Origin: Eledone cirrhosa
Lineage: Eukaryota
Direction of reading: 5' to 3'
Assembly: GCA_964016885.1 (NCBI GenBank)
Contig: OZ024742.1
Location: forward strand, 200,322,001 to 200,386,000
DNA length: 64,000 nt
A program made the translations under genes and the position numbers. Positions 39,701-54,100 of the stretch are shown here, piece by piece; position 1 is the first letter of the stretch; every line of letters begins with the position of its first letter. Below the pieces are notes generated by a model. The model saw only the letters and a list, made by a program, of their open reading frames with translations. It was not told the origin of the DNA and did not search any database.

Positions 39701-42700
39701 ATTCCTAAAACCTTCCAAATAATTATTTTCAAAATGATTTGAAAAACGTAGGCAATGTCCTTCATTAGAAATATGTTAATGAAAGGGTTAAGACAGTGAC
39801 AATGTGATTTTGAGAGAACTTGGCTGCTATTTCTGATTTTTTTAAGCCCAGGTCAGCTCTGATTGAGGAAAGAGTTGGGAGCATCTGATCAAGGGTTTTC
39901 AAGCTGAGGCTATCCTATGACTTTGTATATCTAGGACTGCTTTGGCCTGTTATTTGAGCGAACTTGGCTGCCATTTCTATCAGGTCAAGAAGTTCCACTT
40001 GTCTGTTGTTGTTGTTGGTAAAATAGCTAGTTGATATCGTAGAGTTGTTAGACCATTAGATATTTGTTCTGCATCTTTGTATTCTGAGTTCAAATCCCAC
40101 CAAGGTGCATTTTGCCTATGAGGTTGATCAAGTATCAGCCTTCTCTTCTTCAGGCTATTACATCCTGGATGTTCTACTGGACCAAGACAGGGAAGATTAT
40201 GAAGGTGTCTGTGTTTGCTTGCGACTGCATGGGCACCTAAAACCCTACTAAGTCATACTCAATTGTGAGTGATGGCTGTAGTATTTTGTTGTTGTTGTTA
40301 CAATTACTAAATACATCAGTTATATAACAGTTTACATACATGTACTATTTTACTCCTAAAGCTTAACTTTTACAATGCTATCCCACCTGAAACTGTCGTT
40401 CACTCTATGATACAAAATCTCTCATTTTAAATTGAAATCTTTCATCATGTAAAAATGGAGAAAACTAGTTATATTAATAAATTCCTCTAAATTCTTATTT
40501 TCAAAAGTATCTGAAAATCAGAGTGTCTATCATTACAAATATGATACTGAAAGGGTTAAGCTATTTTCTTTTCTTTTGAGATTTTAGTGATTTTGTTATC
40601 AAGGTGCTGTTCAAATTTTAAATAAGGGCAAGAGTTTCTCCATCCCAGATGAAGATGATCAGTGGTTCTCAGATATATTTTATCATAGCAAAACCCTTAA
40701 ACAATTTTCTAAAAATTGCAGAATCCATACTTATATTTTATGGAAATCCCGACCACTCTAGTTTTAATCAGGCACTAAATCAAACAAAAGTTGTTTTAGA
40801 GAGAACATTTTTTTAAACCAATGATTTCCAAATTTATTTTATCGTAGAACCCTTAAACAATTTTCCAAAAATTGTGGAACCCATACCTATATTTTACAGA
40901 CAATCTCTACCATTGTAATTGTAATAAGACATTAAATGAAATAGAGTAAGAATTTATTCATAACAAAAATAAAATATAACAATCTTGATTAAATTTTATT
41001 AGAAATGTTTTATCTCATGGAACACATATTAACATATCCCTTTCACTTTAATTTTAATAACATATTGAATGAAGTGTAGTGTCCTATGCAGATGTCCAGT
41101 ATACAACAGTTTGATCATATTTTTTCCAAACCATAGGAGGAACAATAAACAAAAAATAAACACTACATTTTTTATTAAATTTTATTAGAAGACATCTCGT
41201 ATTGTAAAAGTCCAGAATTGTTTTCCTTAGAACTCATTTTTGGAAACACTGCAACACTAAAAGTAACATGGTGAGAGACTAGAGGCTTACAGTGTTTGGT
41301 AATTAATTGGAAATAATGTAAGGTTTGAGAGGATTTTGGGGTCTGGCCTAGCATATGACAGCTTCTCTAGTACTAGTGCCATGATAAAATTCACCCTGTA
41401 CACCTTAAAAAATGTTAATTATGGTGCCATGTTGAATATATTCAGTCTACTCTGTAAAGTGGTTGTACTGGTGTCATGAAAAATATATACAGTACATACT
41501 GTAAGGTGGTTGACATTAGGAAAGTCATCCAGCTGTAGAAACAAAGCCAAATATGGAATGTAAGATGGCTCACTTCAACAAATCTGGTCTTGGATTATGA
41601 CAACTTGTCCAACCCATACCAACATTGTTAGCAGATGTAAAATGAAGATGATGGCAATATAGAGGCTCTCATTTTGGCTCCTACAGATTGTATTTTGTTT
41701 TGACTTTTAGTGTTTGGTTGACTAAAACTAAGCTGCAGCAGACAAACTATGAGGTGAAACCATTCCGTGAAGAATGGGTCAAGGGTAAAATTAAGATACG
41801 TTCAGGAAGGAAAGAACTCTCTAACCCAGTGAGTATTAAACAAATTTCCTCCTTTCTTTGTTCTTAACATGCTGTATATACTCAAATATAAGCCAAGGAA
41901 TATTCAGGGTCAATATTTCGATGATTTTCAGTAACTTGAAATTCTACCGAAATAAAGTGCTAAAAATATCTGGAGTGATTATTTTATAATGAAATATTAT
42001 TTTTCTACATTAACTAGATCGTTGTTGGTGTTAAGCATTTCCTTGAAAATATTTCCAATAAAGTTTCATAATTTTTAATATATAAATATCAAATACTCAT
42101 GCACACACACGCATGTACACGTACACACACATATACATATTTTTCCCTGACAATATTTTTTCTTGTGATTTTATTTTATTCTCTGTGTTACTTTCGTCAA
42201 GTATCTCCTACTATAGTCTTAAGTTGACTAATGCTTTATAAGTGAAATTTTTTAGATAGAAACTGTATGGAAGCCTGTTAGATTTAAGTGTTTGTGTGTG
42301 TCTATGTTTTTGTTTACAATTTGTTTATGCCTTGGAACTTAGGGTTTTGTATGTAGTGGATTTGTGAAACAAAAACTATACTCTAAATGACATTTAAAAC
42401 ATTTTAAATATCAAAATATTGAAACATTGAAAATATTTTCTCCACTCATGAGAATTTCAAAACCATGCCATAATGTATTGATTACCTGCCTTGGCTTATA
42501 AACGGCGTTTGGATTTTTGCCCATTTTTCAAACATAAAATGGAGGGTGTCAGATTGGCTTATATTCAAATCAGCTTATATTCAAGTATATACAGTAACTC
42601 TTAACATCCCGTTATGGTTTAGAAGAAAATGTTTGAAAATAGGTTTGTTAATTCAAATATTTATATCTTTAGTCCTTTAGCATTTAAACTGGCTGTATCC

Positions 42701-45700
42701 GACTAGAATTCTCTCACATCTTTCTGTTCAAACCGGTTGCTCATACTGATGTTAAGGTATTGTTCTCAAAATAAATAACATCAAATTCTCATAGTTTTGA
42801 TATTATGTGAGGTATAGCATTTACCATGAAAATACAATAGTAAAAATAGAGTAATTGTAAATGCTAAAGGGTTAATAGTAGACTGATCATTTGGAAAAAT
42901 TTCATTATAAAAAGTAAAGACTAATTTTTAATCTGATGTAATAATATTGCTGTTTTGTACTTTTCATGAATGTCTTGCCACTGCAGTTTTATGCTGACTG
43001 TCCAGTTTTATGCTGACTGTCCAGTTTTATGCTGACTGTCCAGTTTTATGCTGACTATCCAGCTGATATCTCGTCATTTTTATATTTTCAGCTCAATTAT
43101 GCCCGGTATTTCCTGCCAAAACTGTTTCCTAACTTGACGAAGCGTGTTATTTATATGGATAGTGACTGTATAGTACAAGGTAAGATGCACTCTCACACAC
43201 ACACAGACAGATATACACCCACATATATAGACACACTCACATGCATACACACAGGCACATCAACATGCATACACATAGACACACCCACATCCATACACAA
43301 ATGCATACATGCACACACACACATATTGATACATCATCATCACAATTATCATTGTGATCATCATGTTAATGTCAAATTTTTTATGGTTACATGTGCTGGA
43401 TGAGTCTCTACTCTAGCACAACTTCCCCACACTTGTTCCATCCCTTCATCATCTCTGTGATGTTCACCATTTTGAGACGTTCACCATTTTGAGACCATTT
43501 CTCACCAGTTCTGTCAGGCTTTTCTCAGTCTTCTTCTACAACTTCTTTCCACGGAAAAGACTTGGCATTTCTTCATCTAACAATTATAATCCATATACAT
43601 TACATGGCTATACCAGTTTAATCTTATCTTTTGTATTCTGCATCTGATTCTCTTATGCCCAGTTTTTCTCTTAGCTCATCTGTGTCTTTCTTTTGTCATC
43701 TTTTTTGTGAAGTTCAACTTCCTGAGATCAGCTTTCATGAACTTCCCCAAGTCTTCCTAAATTTGCCTCTACCATTGAATCCCTTCAGTCGATACTTTCT
43801 TTTGCCATTTCTTTTGAGTGTCCAATATTCTGAGGTCAGATCTCAATATTTTCACCCAAGTCTTCTTTGGTCATTCTCTCCTCTACTTCAGCTTCCTTCT
43901 GTTTTAGAACTCTTGGCACTTCTTCCACCCAATGATCATCTTTATACATGTTTGTTGAACCCTTTTGATACCAAACTGCCTGAAATCGTCATAGCTCTAT
44001 AATATAAAGTCGTTTGCTTTGAAGTGTCTATTTTTGTTTAAAAACCTTCCTACATGATTTTATGTAAGAACCTTAAGTTATGTTTCAAACAATAACTTAA
44101 TAATGAGAAATTTAGTTATTTTACTAAATCCTTCAAAATCTTTGATTATTTTCAAAATTTCTTGAAAATCATAGGTTGTGTCTTTCCTTAGAAATATGGG
44201 TTAAATAATATTTGGTATTTTTTCAGGAGATATTTCTGAACTGAATTCCATGAAGTTCAAGCCTGGCCACTTTGCTGCTTTTTCTGAGGAATGTACGGGG
44301 ATTTCAAAGAGACTTACTTTACTAAAGGTATATCTATCATTGATAATCCATTGCCTGAAATATATTTGCACCAATAAAAATTATTTACTTATTTATTTTT
44401 GTAGCTTAATCCTTTTGGTACCAAACCATAAGAAAGTGCCTCTTAATATGTGATACAAAGCTGCTTGTTTTAAAGTGTTTATTTATTTGTCTGTTTGGTG
44501 TTCATATTTATCTAAAAACCTTCCATCATTATTTTCTGAATTGGCAGTATTGGTAGAGGGTCGGACACCATGCTTTGACACGTAGAGTTACGGCCCTTGC
44601 CATTCTGGGTTCAAATCCCACCTAGGTTAACTTTGCCTTTCATCCTTACGGGGTCGATAAAATAAAGTACTAGTAATACACTGGGATAATTGCTGGCCTT
44701 GTGCCAAAAGTAGAAACAATTATTTTATGTTAGAACCTTTGAAAGTTATGTTCCAAATGCCAGCTTAAAAATGAGAAAATTATATTACTACAGCTCTCCA
44801 AATTCTATAATTTCAAAATTAATTGAAAATCATAGGCAGTGTCTTTCATTAGAAATATGGTAACAAAAGATGAATAGAAGAAGGGCAGCATTCACGATCC
44901 CTTTTTTTTACAGAACCAACACCCCGGGACTTACAAATATATACATCATACAGAAAATAGCACTACTAATCATTGCACACACATTACAAACAGTATTCTC
45001 AATGCAATAGAAACAACACCTCCAAAATCAACACTGCAGTGACGATTTGCAATAACAATAAGACTAATAATAATAATTGTTTCTACTTTTGGCAAAAGGC
45101 CAGCATTATCCCAGTGTATTACTGGTACTTTATTTTATCGACCCCATAAGGATGAAAGGCAAAGTTAACCTAGGTGGGATTTGAACTCAGAATGGCAAGG
45201 GCCGTAACTCTTTGCTGCAAAGCATGGCGTCAGACCCTCTACCGATACTGCCATCCACCGCCCTTTAATAATAATAATGCTTTCTGATTTAGACACAAGG
45301 GCAACAATTTTTGGCGGGAGGGGAAAGTCGATTAAATCATCCCCAGTGTGTAACTCGTACTTATTTTATTGACCTCGAAAGGATGAAATGCAAAGCTAAC
45401 CTCTGCAATATTTAAACTCAGAATGTAAAGGGATGTAACCATATCACACAAAGCATGTTATGTGATGCCCTAACAATAATAATGGCTTTTGATTTAGGCA
45501 TAAGGCCAGCAATTTTTGGGTAGGGGAAAGTTGATTAAATTGACCCCAGTGTATTACTGGTACTTTATTTTATCGAACTTGTAAGGATGAAAAGCAAAGC
45601 TGACCGTGGCAGGATTTGAACTCAGAACGTAAAGGGATGTAACTATATCACGCAAAGCATGTTATGCGACACCCTAACAATAATAATTGCTTCTGTTTTA

Positions 45701-48700
45701 GGCACAAGGCCATCAAAGTTGATTAAATTAACCTTGGTGTATTACTGGTGTTTAATTTTATTGATCCTGTAAGTATGAAAGGCAAAGCTAACCTCAGAAT
45801 GTAAAGGGATGTAACTATATGTTGCAAAGCATGTTATCTGACACTCTAATAATAATGGTTTCTTATGCAGGCCAGCAATTTGGGAGGAGGGGAAAGTCGA
45901 TTAAATTGACCCCAGTGCGTGACTGGTACTTTATTTTACCGACCCCGTAAGGATGAAAGGCAAAGTTAACCTCGGTGGTATTTGAACTTAGATCATAAAG
46001 GGCCGTAACTCTATGCGTCAAAGCATGGCGTCCGACCCTCTACAGATACTGCCAAATAATAATAATAATGATTTCTTTAGTATTTCTTTTTTCTTTCTTT
46101 TCTCATTTATGTATGTATGTATTTATTTATTTAATAATAATGCATTTCTTCCTGTTGCAGAACAACTATGTTGAATATATTGACTTCAAGAACAAACATA
46201 TAAAAAAGCTTCACTTAAGTCCTAAAGCTTGTTCCTTCAGCACTGGCTTGATGGTTACAGATTTAGCCTTTTGGAAGAAGAAGAACATTACATCTCGACT
46301 AGTGTACTGGATGACACTTAACACTAAGTAGGTATACTTGGAGTGCTGTTCAGTGGTGATGGTTGTGGTGGTGATGATGGTAGTGGTTGGGGGCTATTGA
46401 TGGTTGTGGTAGTTGTGGAGGTGGTGATGGTAATGGTGGTGCTGGTAATGGTGTTGGTGGTGGTTGCAGGGAGGGCTATGATGGCGATAATAGTAGTGGG
46501 GATGGTAGTGGTTGGGGGGTTGGTGGTGGTGATGGTGATAGTTGTAATGCTGGTGGTAGTGGTGGTGGTTGTGATGTTGGTGGTGATGGTTAGGGTGCTT
46601 GGGAAGGTGGTGGTGCTGGTGATAGTTGTGATGGTAGTGATGGTGATAATAGTGGTAGTGGTGGTGCTGATAGTTGTGGTGGTAGTGGTGGTGGTGGTGG
46701 TTGTAATGATGGTTGTGGTGGTGATGATAGTGGTGAGAATGGTAGTGGTTGGGGGTTGGTGGTGGTGGTGATAGTTGTGATGGTGGTGGTGGTGATGTTA
46801 GAGATGATGGTAGTGATAAAATTATTGTAATGATCTTGAAATATTGCAGATGAATCTGGATGACAGATAAAGAGTGTATATGAGGTGGGGGAGGGTCTTT
46901 ATGCTGGAGCTGTGAATGGAGACTCCTGTTTTTAAATATTAGCAAGTTGTGGGAGGAGTACATTTATTGAAAAGTATTAAGAAAAGAAATTACTTTACTG
47001 TTAAGTCAAAGACAGAAGCGCAGCATTCAAGAACCTTTTCAAGGCCCCTGAGACTGGTAGATAGATGAAGAAATGTATCCTGAAGTTGGAGATCTAAGGC
47101 CAAGTGGGGGTGTTAAACCAGTGGTTGACGTTAGGAAGGGCACCAAGCTATAGAAAACTTACCAAAGGAACCAGAGGCCTGTTTGGCATCATCTGTAGAG
47201 CTAGTGTCGTGACAAAACACATTCAGTTCACCTTGTAAAGTGCAGAAAGGAATCTGAGAGATTAGTGGTACAAATTAAGTACTGACGTGGTTTGTAATGA
47301 CTCATCGAACTTTTGTAAGTAGAGAAAACGGACGTTAAATGATATATATATATTATACAGTAAAATGACAGGAGGCTGGACAGTTTGAGTTCCCTTAATT
47401 ATTTATTTCTGCAAACACTATGCACATTTTAGTGGCCAGGTTGCATATGAATCTGGTGACATAATCAGGTGTATATTGCATACTAATTGTATACGAAAGG
47501 AATGATGGTAAACACATTCCAAAAGTCTTTAAGGAAAAAGGCAAAGAAAAACGTATATATATATATATTTTTTCACTAGCTCTGACAGTTGGCAGGTGAA
47601 CAGTGAGCTGAACTGATGAAGGGTGATACCCCAAAACATTAGTGTCTGCAGTTCTGTTTACATGCCAACACAAGAGCAAGAATGAGGGGCTCACATTCTA
47701 CTGACATGGCTTTAAAAATGAGGCTTGTTTGCATAATTGCAAACGAATCGAATGTTATTATTAATATTCAAAAAACTCATTTATTATATTCGGCCATGTA
47801 GAGCAAACATTTTTTTTTTATTTGAATGTAGCAAAGCCAGCCATTTATCGATCGTATATTGGAAACTGACTGGCCAGTCTGCTGATATGCAATTCTGGCT
47901 GATCAGTGGATCTGCTAATATGCAGATCAGACTGATCAGCTAGTCTGCTAATATGCAAATCAGGCTGATCAGTCACTGTATATTTCCACTAGCTCTGACA
48001 GTTGGCAGGTGAACAGTGAGCTGTGCTGATGAAGGGTGATACCCCAAAACATTAGTGTCTGCAGTTCTGTTTATATGCTAACACAAGAGCAAGAATGAGG
48101 AGCTCATTCTACTGACATGGCTTTAAAAATGAGGCTTGTTTGCATAGTTACAAACGAATCGTATGTTATTAATATTCGAAAAACTCAGATTACACTTATT
48201 ATATATATATATATATATATATATTTAAAAGAATAAAGGTGTAACACACGAGTTATGATATATTGGTAAAAGGAAAAGAAAATGCTGACAAATTGTTCCC
48301 AGTGAAAAATAGTTTAATTAGGAATAAGTAAAAATTAGTAATAGTATTGGTTAGTAATCAGTTTTAATTTTAAGATTTTACCAGTTGCGCATTTCTAATG
48401 CTTTTCAAAAATAATTTTGAGATAGAGTGCCCGTGATGTTTGCTCTAATCAGATTAGAGCAAACATCACGGGCGCTCTATCTCAAAATTATTTTTGAAAA
48501 GCATTAGAAATGCGCAACTGGTAAAACTTAAAACCAAAACTGAATACTAACCAATACTATTACTAATTTTTACTTATTCCTAATTAAATTATTTGTCACT
48601 GGGAACAATTTGTCAGCATTTTCTTTTCCTTTTACCAATATATATATATATATAGTAGTAATAGGTAGGTAAACAATTCTAATGTGTAGAGCAACTCAAG

Positions 48701-50829
48701 TCCGTAGGGCGTGTTTGAATATAATTATTAAGGCCAGTTACTACAATGGTGTCACACCAGGTACGTACGTTTCGTTGGCTCTGCGATTAATTGTCATTGG
48801 TTGAACAAGTTGGTTCTCAGCACCAACGAAATGTATGTACTTTGTATGTCGCCCTTGTAGTAACTGGCCTTAATAATGTGTGTGTGATCCTTTTCTATTC
48901 TGTGTCCCTGCATAGCCGCAGTTCAATGATTGAAATTAGTAGAATAAAAGAAAATACAGGTTGATTTTCTAAAATTTCGGCTAATTTTAAAGCAAGATTT
49001 TTTTTTTTTTGTAATTCTAACATATTAGTCGTTTAGAGTGATCTCCCTTGCATAAGCGATTACTAACATTTACCGCTTTATTTTCTGACCCTAGTAAAAT
49101 AGTTTGGAGTTATTTTGTTGTCCTGCTACATGCTGGGTCGGCGCTACCATTAAGGCCAACCAGGTACCCGACCAGGGCACAGACCTCAGTGAATTAGTCG
49201 TTTAGTTTACATATTGAGACCTCAACCCATGCTATTTATTTTATAACTTATGGGATTTCTAGTAATGTACTTTTTTGTTATATAATTGTTTCTACATTAG
49301 GCACAAGGCCAGCAATTACCCAGTACATTACTGGTACTTTATTTTATCGACCCCGTAAGGATGAAAGGCAAAGTTAACTTCGGTGGGATTTGAACTCAGA
49401 TCGTAAGGGGACGTAACTATGCTGGAAAGCATGGCTGCCGACACTCTACCTATACTGTATAAAGAAAATTTCGCTACTAAAAATAAAATTTCGCTGGAGA
49501 TAGATTAGCAAAATTTAATAAGCTGGGGTGGGGGTTGTAGCGCCGTTGTGGGATGGGGTGGGGTGGAAAACCCTGGAAAATTAATGACAGTTTGGATGTA
49601 TATTTGAGCATTGTTTTAAAAAAGTTTAAATGTTAAAGTCTGTCCCAAGCCCAGAGACTCATCATGCTGAAGCTTATTCCTGAGGTCACTGAGAGCACAT
49701 TGTTCCCTCATCACATGGTTAATCCCCCAGTTGCTCCTAGTACTTTTTGACAGCTGAGTGAACTAGAGCAATGTAAAATGAAATGTTTTACTCAAGAATA
49801 CAATGCTCCACCTGGTCCATTTATCTCTCTTACATCACATATCTCTGTTGCTATCCATTACTCACTCTCTCCTATCATGACATCCCTATTGCTATCTCAT
49901 CATTTTGCTTTTCTACTTAACCTCCTACCCACTGCATGTGTGAGTTATGTGTTTCTATGTGTATATATATATATATATATATCAAAAGTATATGTTAAGT
50001 CGAAAAACTCACAGCAGTTCCCTATAATCAAAGTAGTTCAAGGGAAAAACATTTCCGAGCCTTGTGATACAGTAAGGAGAGACAAACACAGCTATATAAC
50101 TATATGTGTTCAAATCACAAGGGACAGAAACTGCCAGGGTGAAGAAAACGCTGACTAAAATAGTATGGTTCACAGAACTCAATCAAAAGGATAAATTGAG
50201 ATATACGAACCTACCATCATAACTATCATGTACCCGGCCAGTTTATGGGTAGAACTGTTTCGCAAAATTCAGTGAAGAGAATTACTGGAGTGGTGCTTTT
50301 CAACAGGTATCCATGGCAATATTCATCTCACTACTAATAATAGAAGACTGAATAACACGATTAATAGAAAACTTAATAACACGTGAGTTAAGAGAGAGAG
50401 CACATGGTTATAAAGTGCCGGGCGAAACGAATAGGATTGGGTTCTGTGAATCATACATTTCTGTCCCTGTGATTTGAACACATATAGTTATATATCTGTG
50501 TTCGTCTCTCCTTACTTTATATATATCTAAAGTCTAAAGTCTGTCTTAAGCCAGAAGGCTCAATTGGCCGGTGCCTATCCTGGTTTCATGGTGTGAAGCA
50601 ACTGAGAGTACAAGACTGCCCCCTGGACAGGACGCCAGTCCATTGCAGGGTTAAACCCCAGCTATTGCTGGTACTTATTTTCAGCTGAGTATACTGGAGC
50701 AACGTGAAATGAAGTGTTTTGCTCAAGAACACAACACGCAACCCAGGAATTGAACCCATGAATTATGATCTTAAGTCCAACACCCTTACCACTAGGCCAT
50801 GTGCCTCCACATATGTATGTATATTTATG

Positions 50830-50879
<50 letters not shown>

Positions 50880-51046
50880 AGTCCCAACAGAAATGGCATT
50901 ATGATATCGAACATTCTAAATAATAGTTGAGAAAATTAGGTAAAGTAACTCCAGAGACGGAATAAATGAAAGAGAGACACATGAGAGGAAGTGCCTTCTT
51001 TTATTTTATATCAAAAGTTTCACTGTATATATACATACTGTATGTA

Positions 51047-51123
<77 letters not shown>

Positions 51124-54100
51124 CAGAGGATGCCTGTCTGTAAATCCCTAAAACTTGCGAAGTACATGACCAATATTTTTCAAACTTTACACATGCGTTA
51201 CTTATATTTTTTGAGGTGCAATGGGCTAAAAAGAATTTCAACCTTTTCTGCCCTAGGGTTTGCATTAGCCGAAAAAGCACATTTTTAGGCTTTTTTGAAG
51301 CCTAACTTAAAGATAATCCAGCCGATTTCCTTGAAATTTGCAGCACACATTAGTTAATCCCCTTGCATTGCTGTGGACAAAAAATTTCTGATTCCATTAA
51401 TGGTTTCTAGGAAATTTACGAATTAGCATTGGGCATTAACATCTCATTTTTCATTTTCAATATAAACGCTACTTAAACATCGTAAGTAGTATATAATATT
51501 TTGTTAAAAATTTGGTTTATTTAACAGAGGACACGACACTTACTTTTAAGCAGGACTATTTTTGGGAGATTGAGCGAATGAAGAGGACCTTAAAATTTTT
51601 GTTAGTGCCCTGTTAACACTTTGTGCTTTCATCAAATCCGGACCCTGTGTATGTTGCTGTGTTATTGACACCGTAAAACTCATGTCTGTGCTACTTCTAC
51701 TAAGACCCCCTTTTGTTGCACCTACACCGCAGTATGAACGCCTTGCGCAAGTACGCCGAACAGCGGGTGTGCTAATTCCGCAGTGACACCCCCCCCCCAC
51801 ACACACACACACACTTGAAATTGTTGATGGTGACCCCAATAGTAACTCTGAAGTGTTCGGCATCCAATATAACAGTTCGGTCTATATCAGATTGTGTAGA
51901 TTTACAAAGAGGCTATGCTCTACTGTGGAGAAGGCCCAACATGCTGTACGGTTGCACGATATGTCTTACTCAAGCATTGCAGGCTTTACAATATGCATGC
52001 AGGTGCAATAGACATAACTGATGATGTCTGTCCGGATGACTGGGTGCGAATCTATAAAACTCGAAAAGTACCTAACCGATTTTCTCCAAATGGAAGAAAA
52101 ATCATACTCTAAGATTTAGTACGCTTAAAGAGTATCCAGCTGATTTTCTTCAATTTTTGCACATGCATGCAGATGTTTCACGACTCGGGCCTGCTGGTGT
52201 TCTACATTTCCAGTAGATGAACAATCATTACCTGAAAATAAGGGAATTCAAAAAGTACACAGCTACATTCCTCAATCTTTGCATATGCGTATTACTATTT
52301 CACATTTCCTACCCTGTGCAATGCCGGGTCCTGCTGCTAGTATATATATAAAGTGGTTGTGGAGGTGTCACGACAAAAAAAGTGCCCAGACCAAACTGTA
52401 AAGTGGACATGTAACACCCAACACTCACTGTAAATGAGGTTGGTGTTAGGAAGGGCATTCAGCTGTAGAAATCAAGCCAAAATCAGTTCCTGTATGAGCA
52501 AGACAAGGTCACCCAACTTAACATTGCCTACAACCCGTCTAACCCATGCTAGCATGGAAGAATGGACGTAAAATGGTGATGATATATATAATTTATTTAT
52601 GTCAATACATACAAGGCCCAAATTTGACCATACCTCCAGAATACACACACATATATATACATTTATGTATGTGTGTGTGTGTGCATGTGATATATAGTTG
52701 TTGTCCCTGTGCCCTCTATCACAGCTGTCCCATGACACTATTAATGTGTGACACACAGTCAAACTGGCAGACAGATATAGAATCTTCATTGATTTTATAC
52801 AATTTAATGAGAAACTTAGAGATCAAATAAACAACTGCTTTTCACCACACACTTTCAGCACCTCCCTTCACTCAGACATTGAGGCAATGAGGGAGCTACT
52901 ACATGGGCGCACAACTTGCTAGAAATAGCAGTCAAATCTCATTCAAATCATGCCCCACCTTCTTGGAAAAAGATATCTTGAATAATGTGGGTTTCCTGCA
53001 TGAAGGAAAAAAATAGTTGGTCATGATTGGAAAGCCTTTGATCATAGGTCTGCTCAATCAGAGCTGTTAAAACAATAACAATGACAACAGTAATATGTGC
53101 ACACACATAGGCCAATGATGAGGCAGCATCCACGTGGTCACTCGCATTGCTAGAAATAGCAGCCAAATGTCCCTTAAATTGCACTGTACTGTTTTAAATA
53201 AAATAAGGACACATTAGATAATGTAATCCTCTAAAATGACATGATGGTCACAGCTGGACTGCCTTTGATTATAGGATTACTTGATCAGGATTGACAGTTG
53301 ACAGAATCATTAGAGCATTGAAAACAATTTGTTTCAGCTGTTTATATTCAGTGTTCAAACCTCACCACCTACTTCTATCCATTTAGGGTTAATAAAATGA
53401 GCTATTAGTCACATACGGGGGTCAATTTAATCAACTATTCCTTCTTTCCTGACTTGCTGGCCTTCTATCTAGCTTGGAAACTATTGTGGCATAGAGTTAT
53501 GCCCTTTATGTTCTGAGTGCAAACCTGCCGAGGTAGTTTGCCTTTCATCCTTACGGGATTGATAAAATAGAGCACCAGTAATGCACTGGGGCCAATTTAA
53601 TCGACTATCCCCTCCCCCCAAATTGCTGGCCTCGTGCCTATAGTACAAATCGACTGCGGGGATATCTTAAAAAGCATATTCCAATCAACAGGTACTGCCA
53701 TGTCTATCAATAAGCACATTATTTTTATCTTTTATTATGATATCTGTTCTTTTGGCTTTTGTATTTAAATCCCTGGCCTGGCAGTGCTACTGAGGAGCTT
53801 TGCCAATTCGAGATAAACTCTACAGTCATAGAAGTGCCAACAGCTGGGCCAGTCCGAGATGCACGCAGAGTGACGAAACTCCTGAACGCATGAGTGCCCA
53901 AGTGTTGATGATAGGGTTTATGTCAAATACCTTCCGTTATGTGTGGGATGGGTCCAACTAGCAACTGAGACCATTGTGAAGATCACCCTGCTGTCTTCCT
54001 TTAAAGGGGAAGGACAGGCAGCTTTTATCTGCCTGGTGGCCATGGCAAAAGAGGTTGTGTGGTGGATGCATTTGAAAGGGTAAAAGGCAAACACTTTTTT

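Noticed and set aside
46343-46963. Poly-Val, poly-His and poly-Gly ORFs
   Set aside because: Translations of a GGT/GAT microsatellite in an intron
53788-53900. CTGAGGA … GAAACTC…GAGTG as a hammerhead
   Set aside because: Cleavage triplet would be GUG, and no stem I or compact stem II is evident
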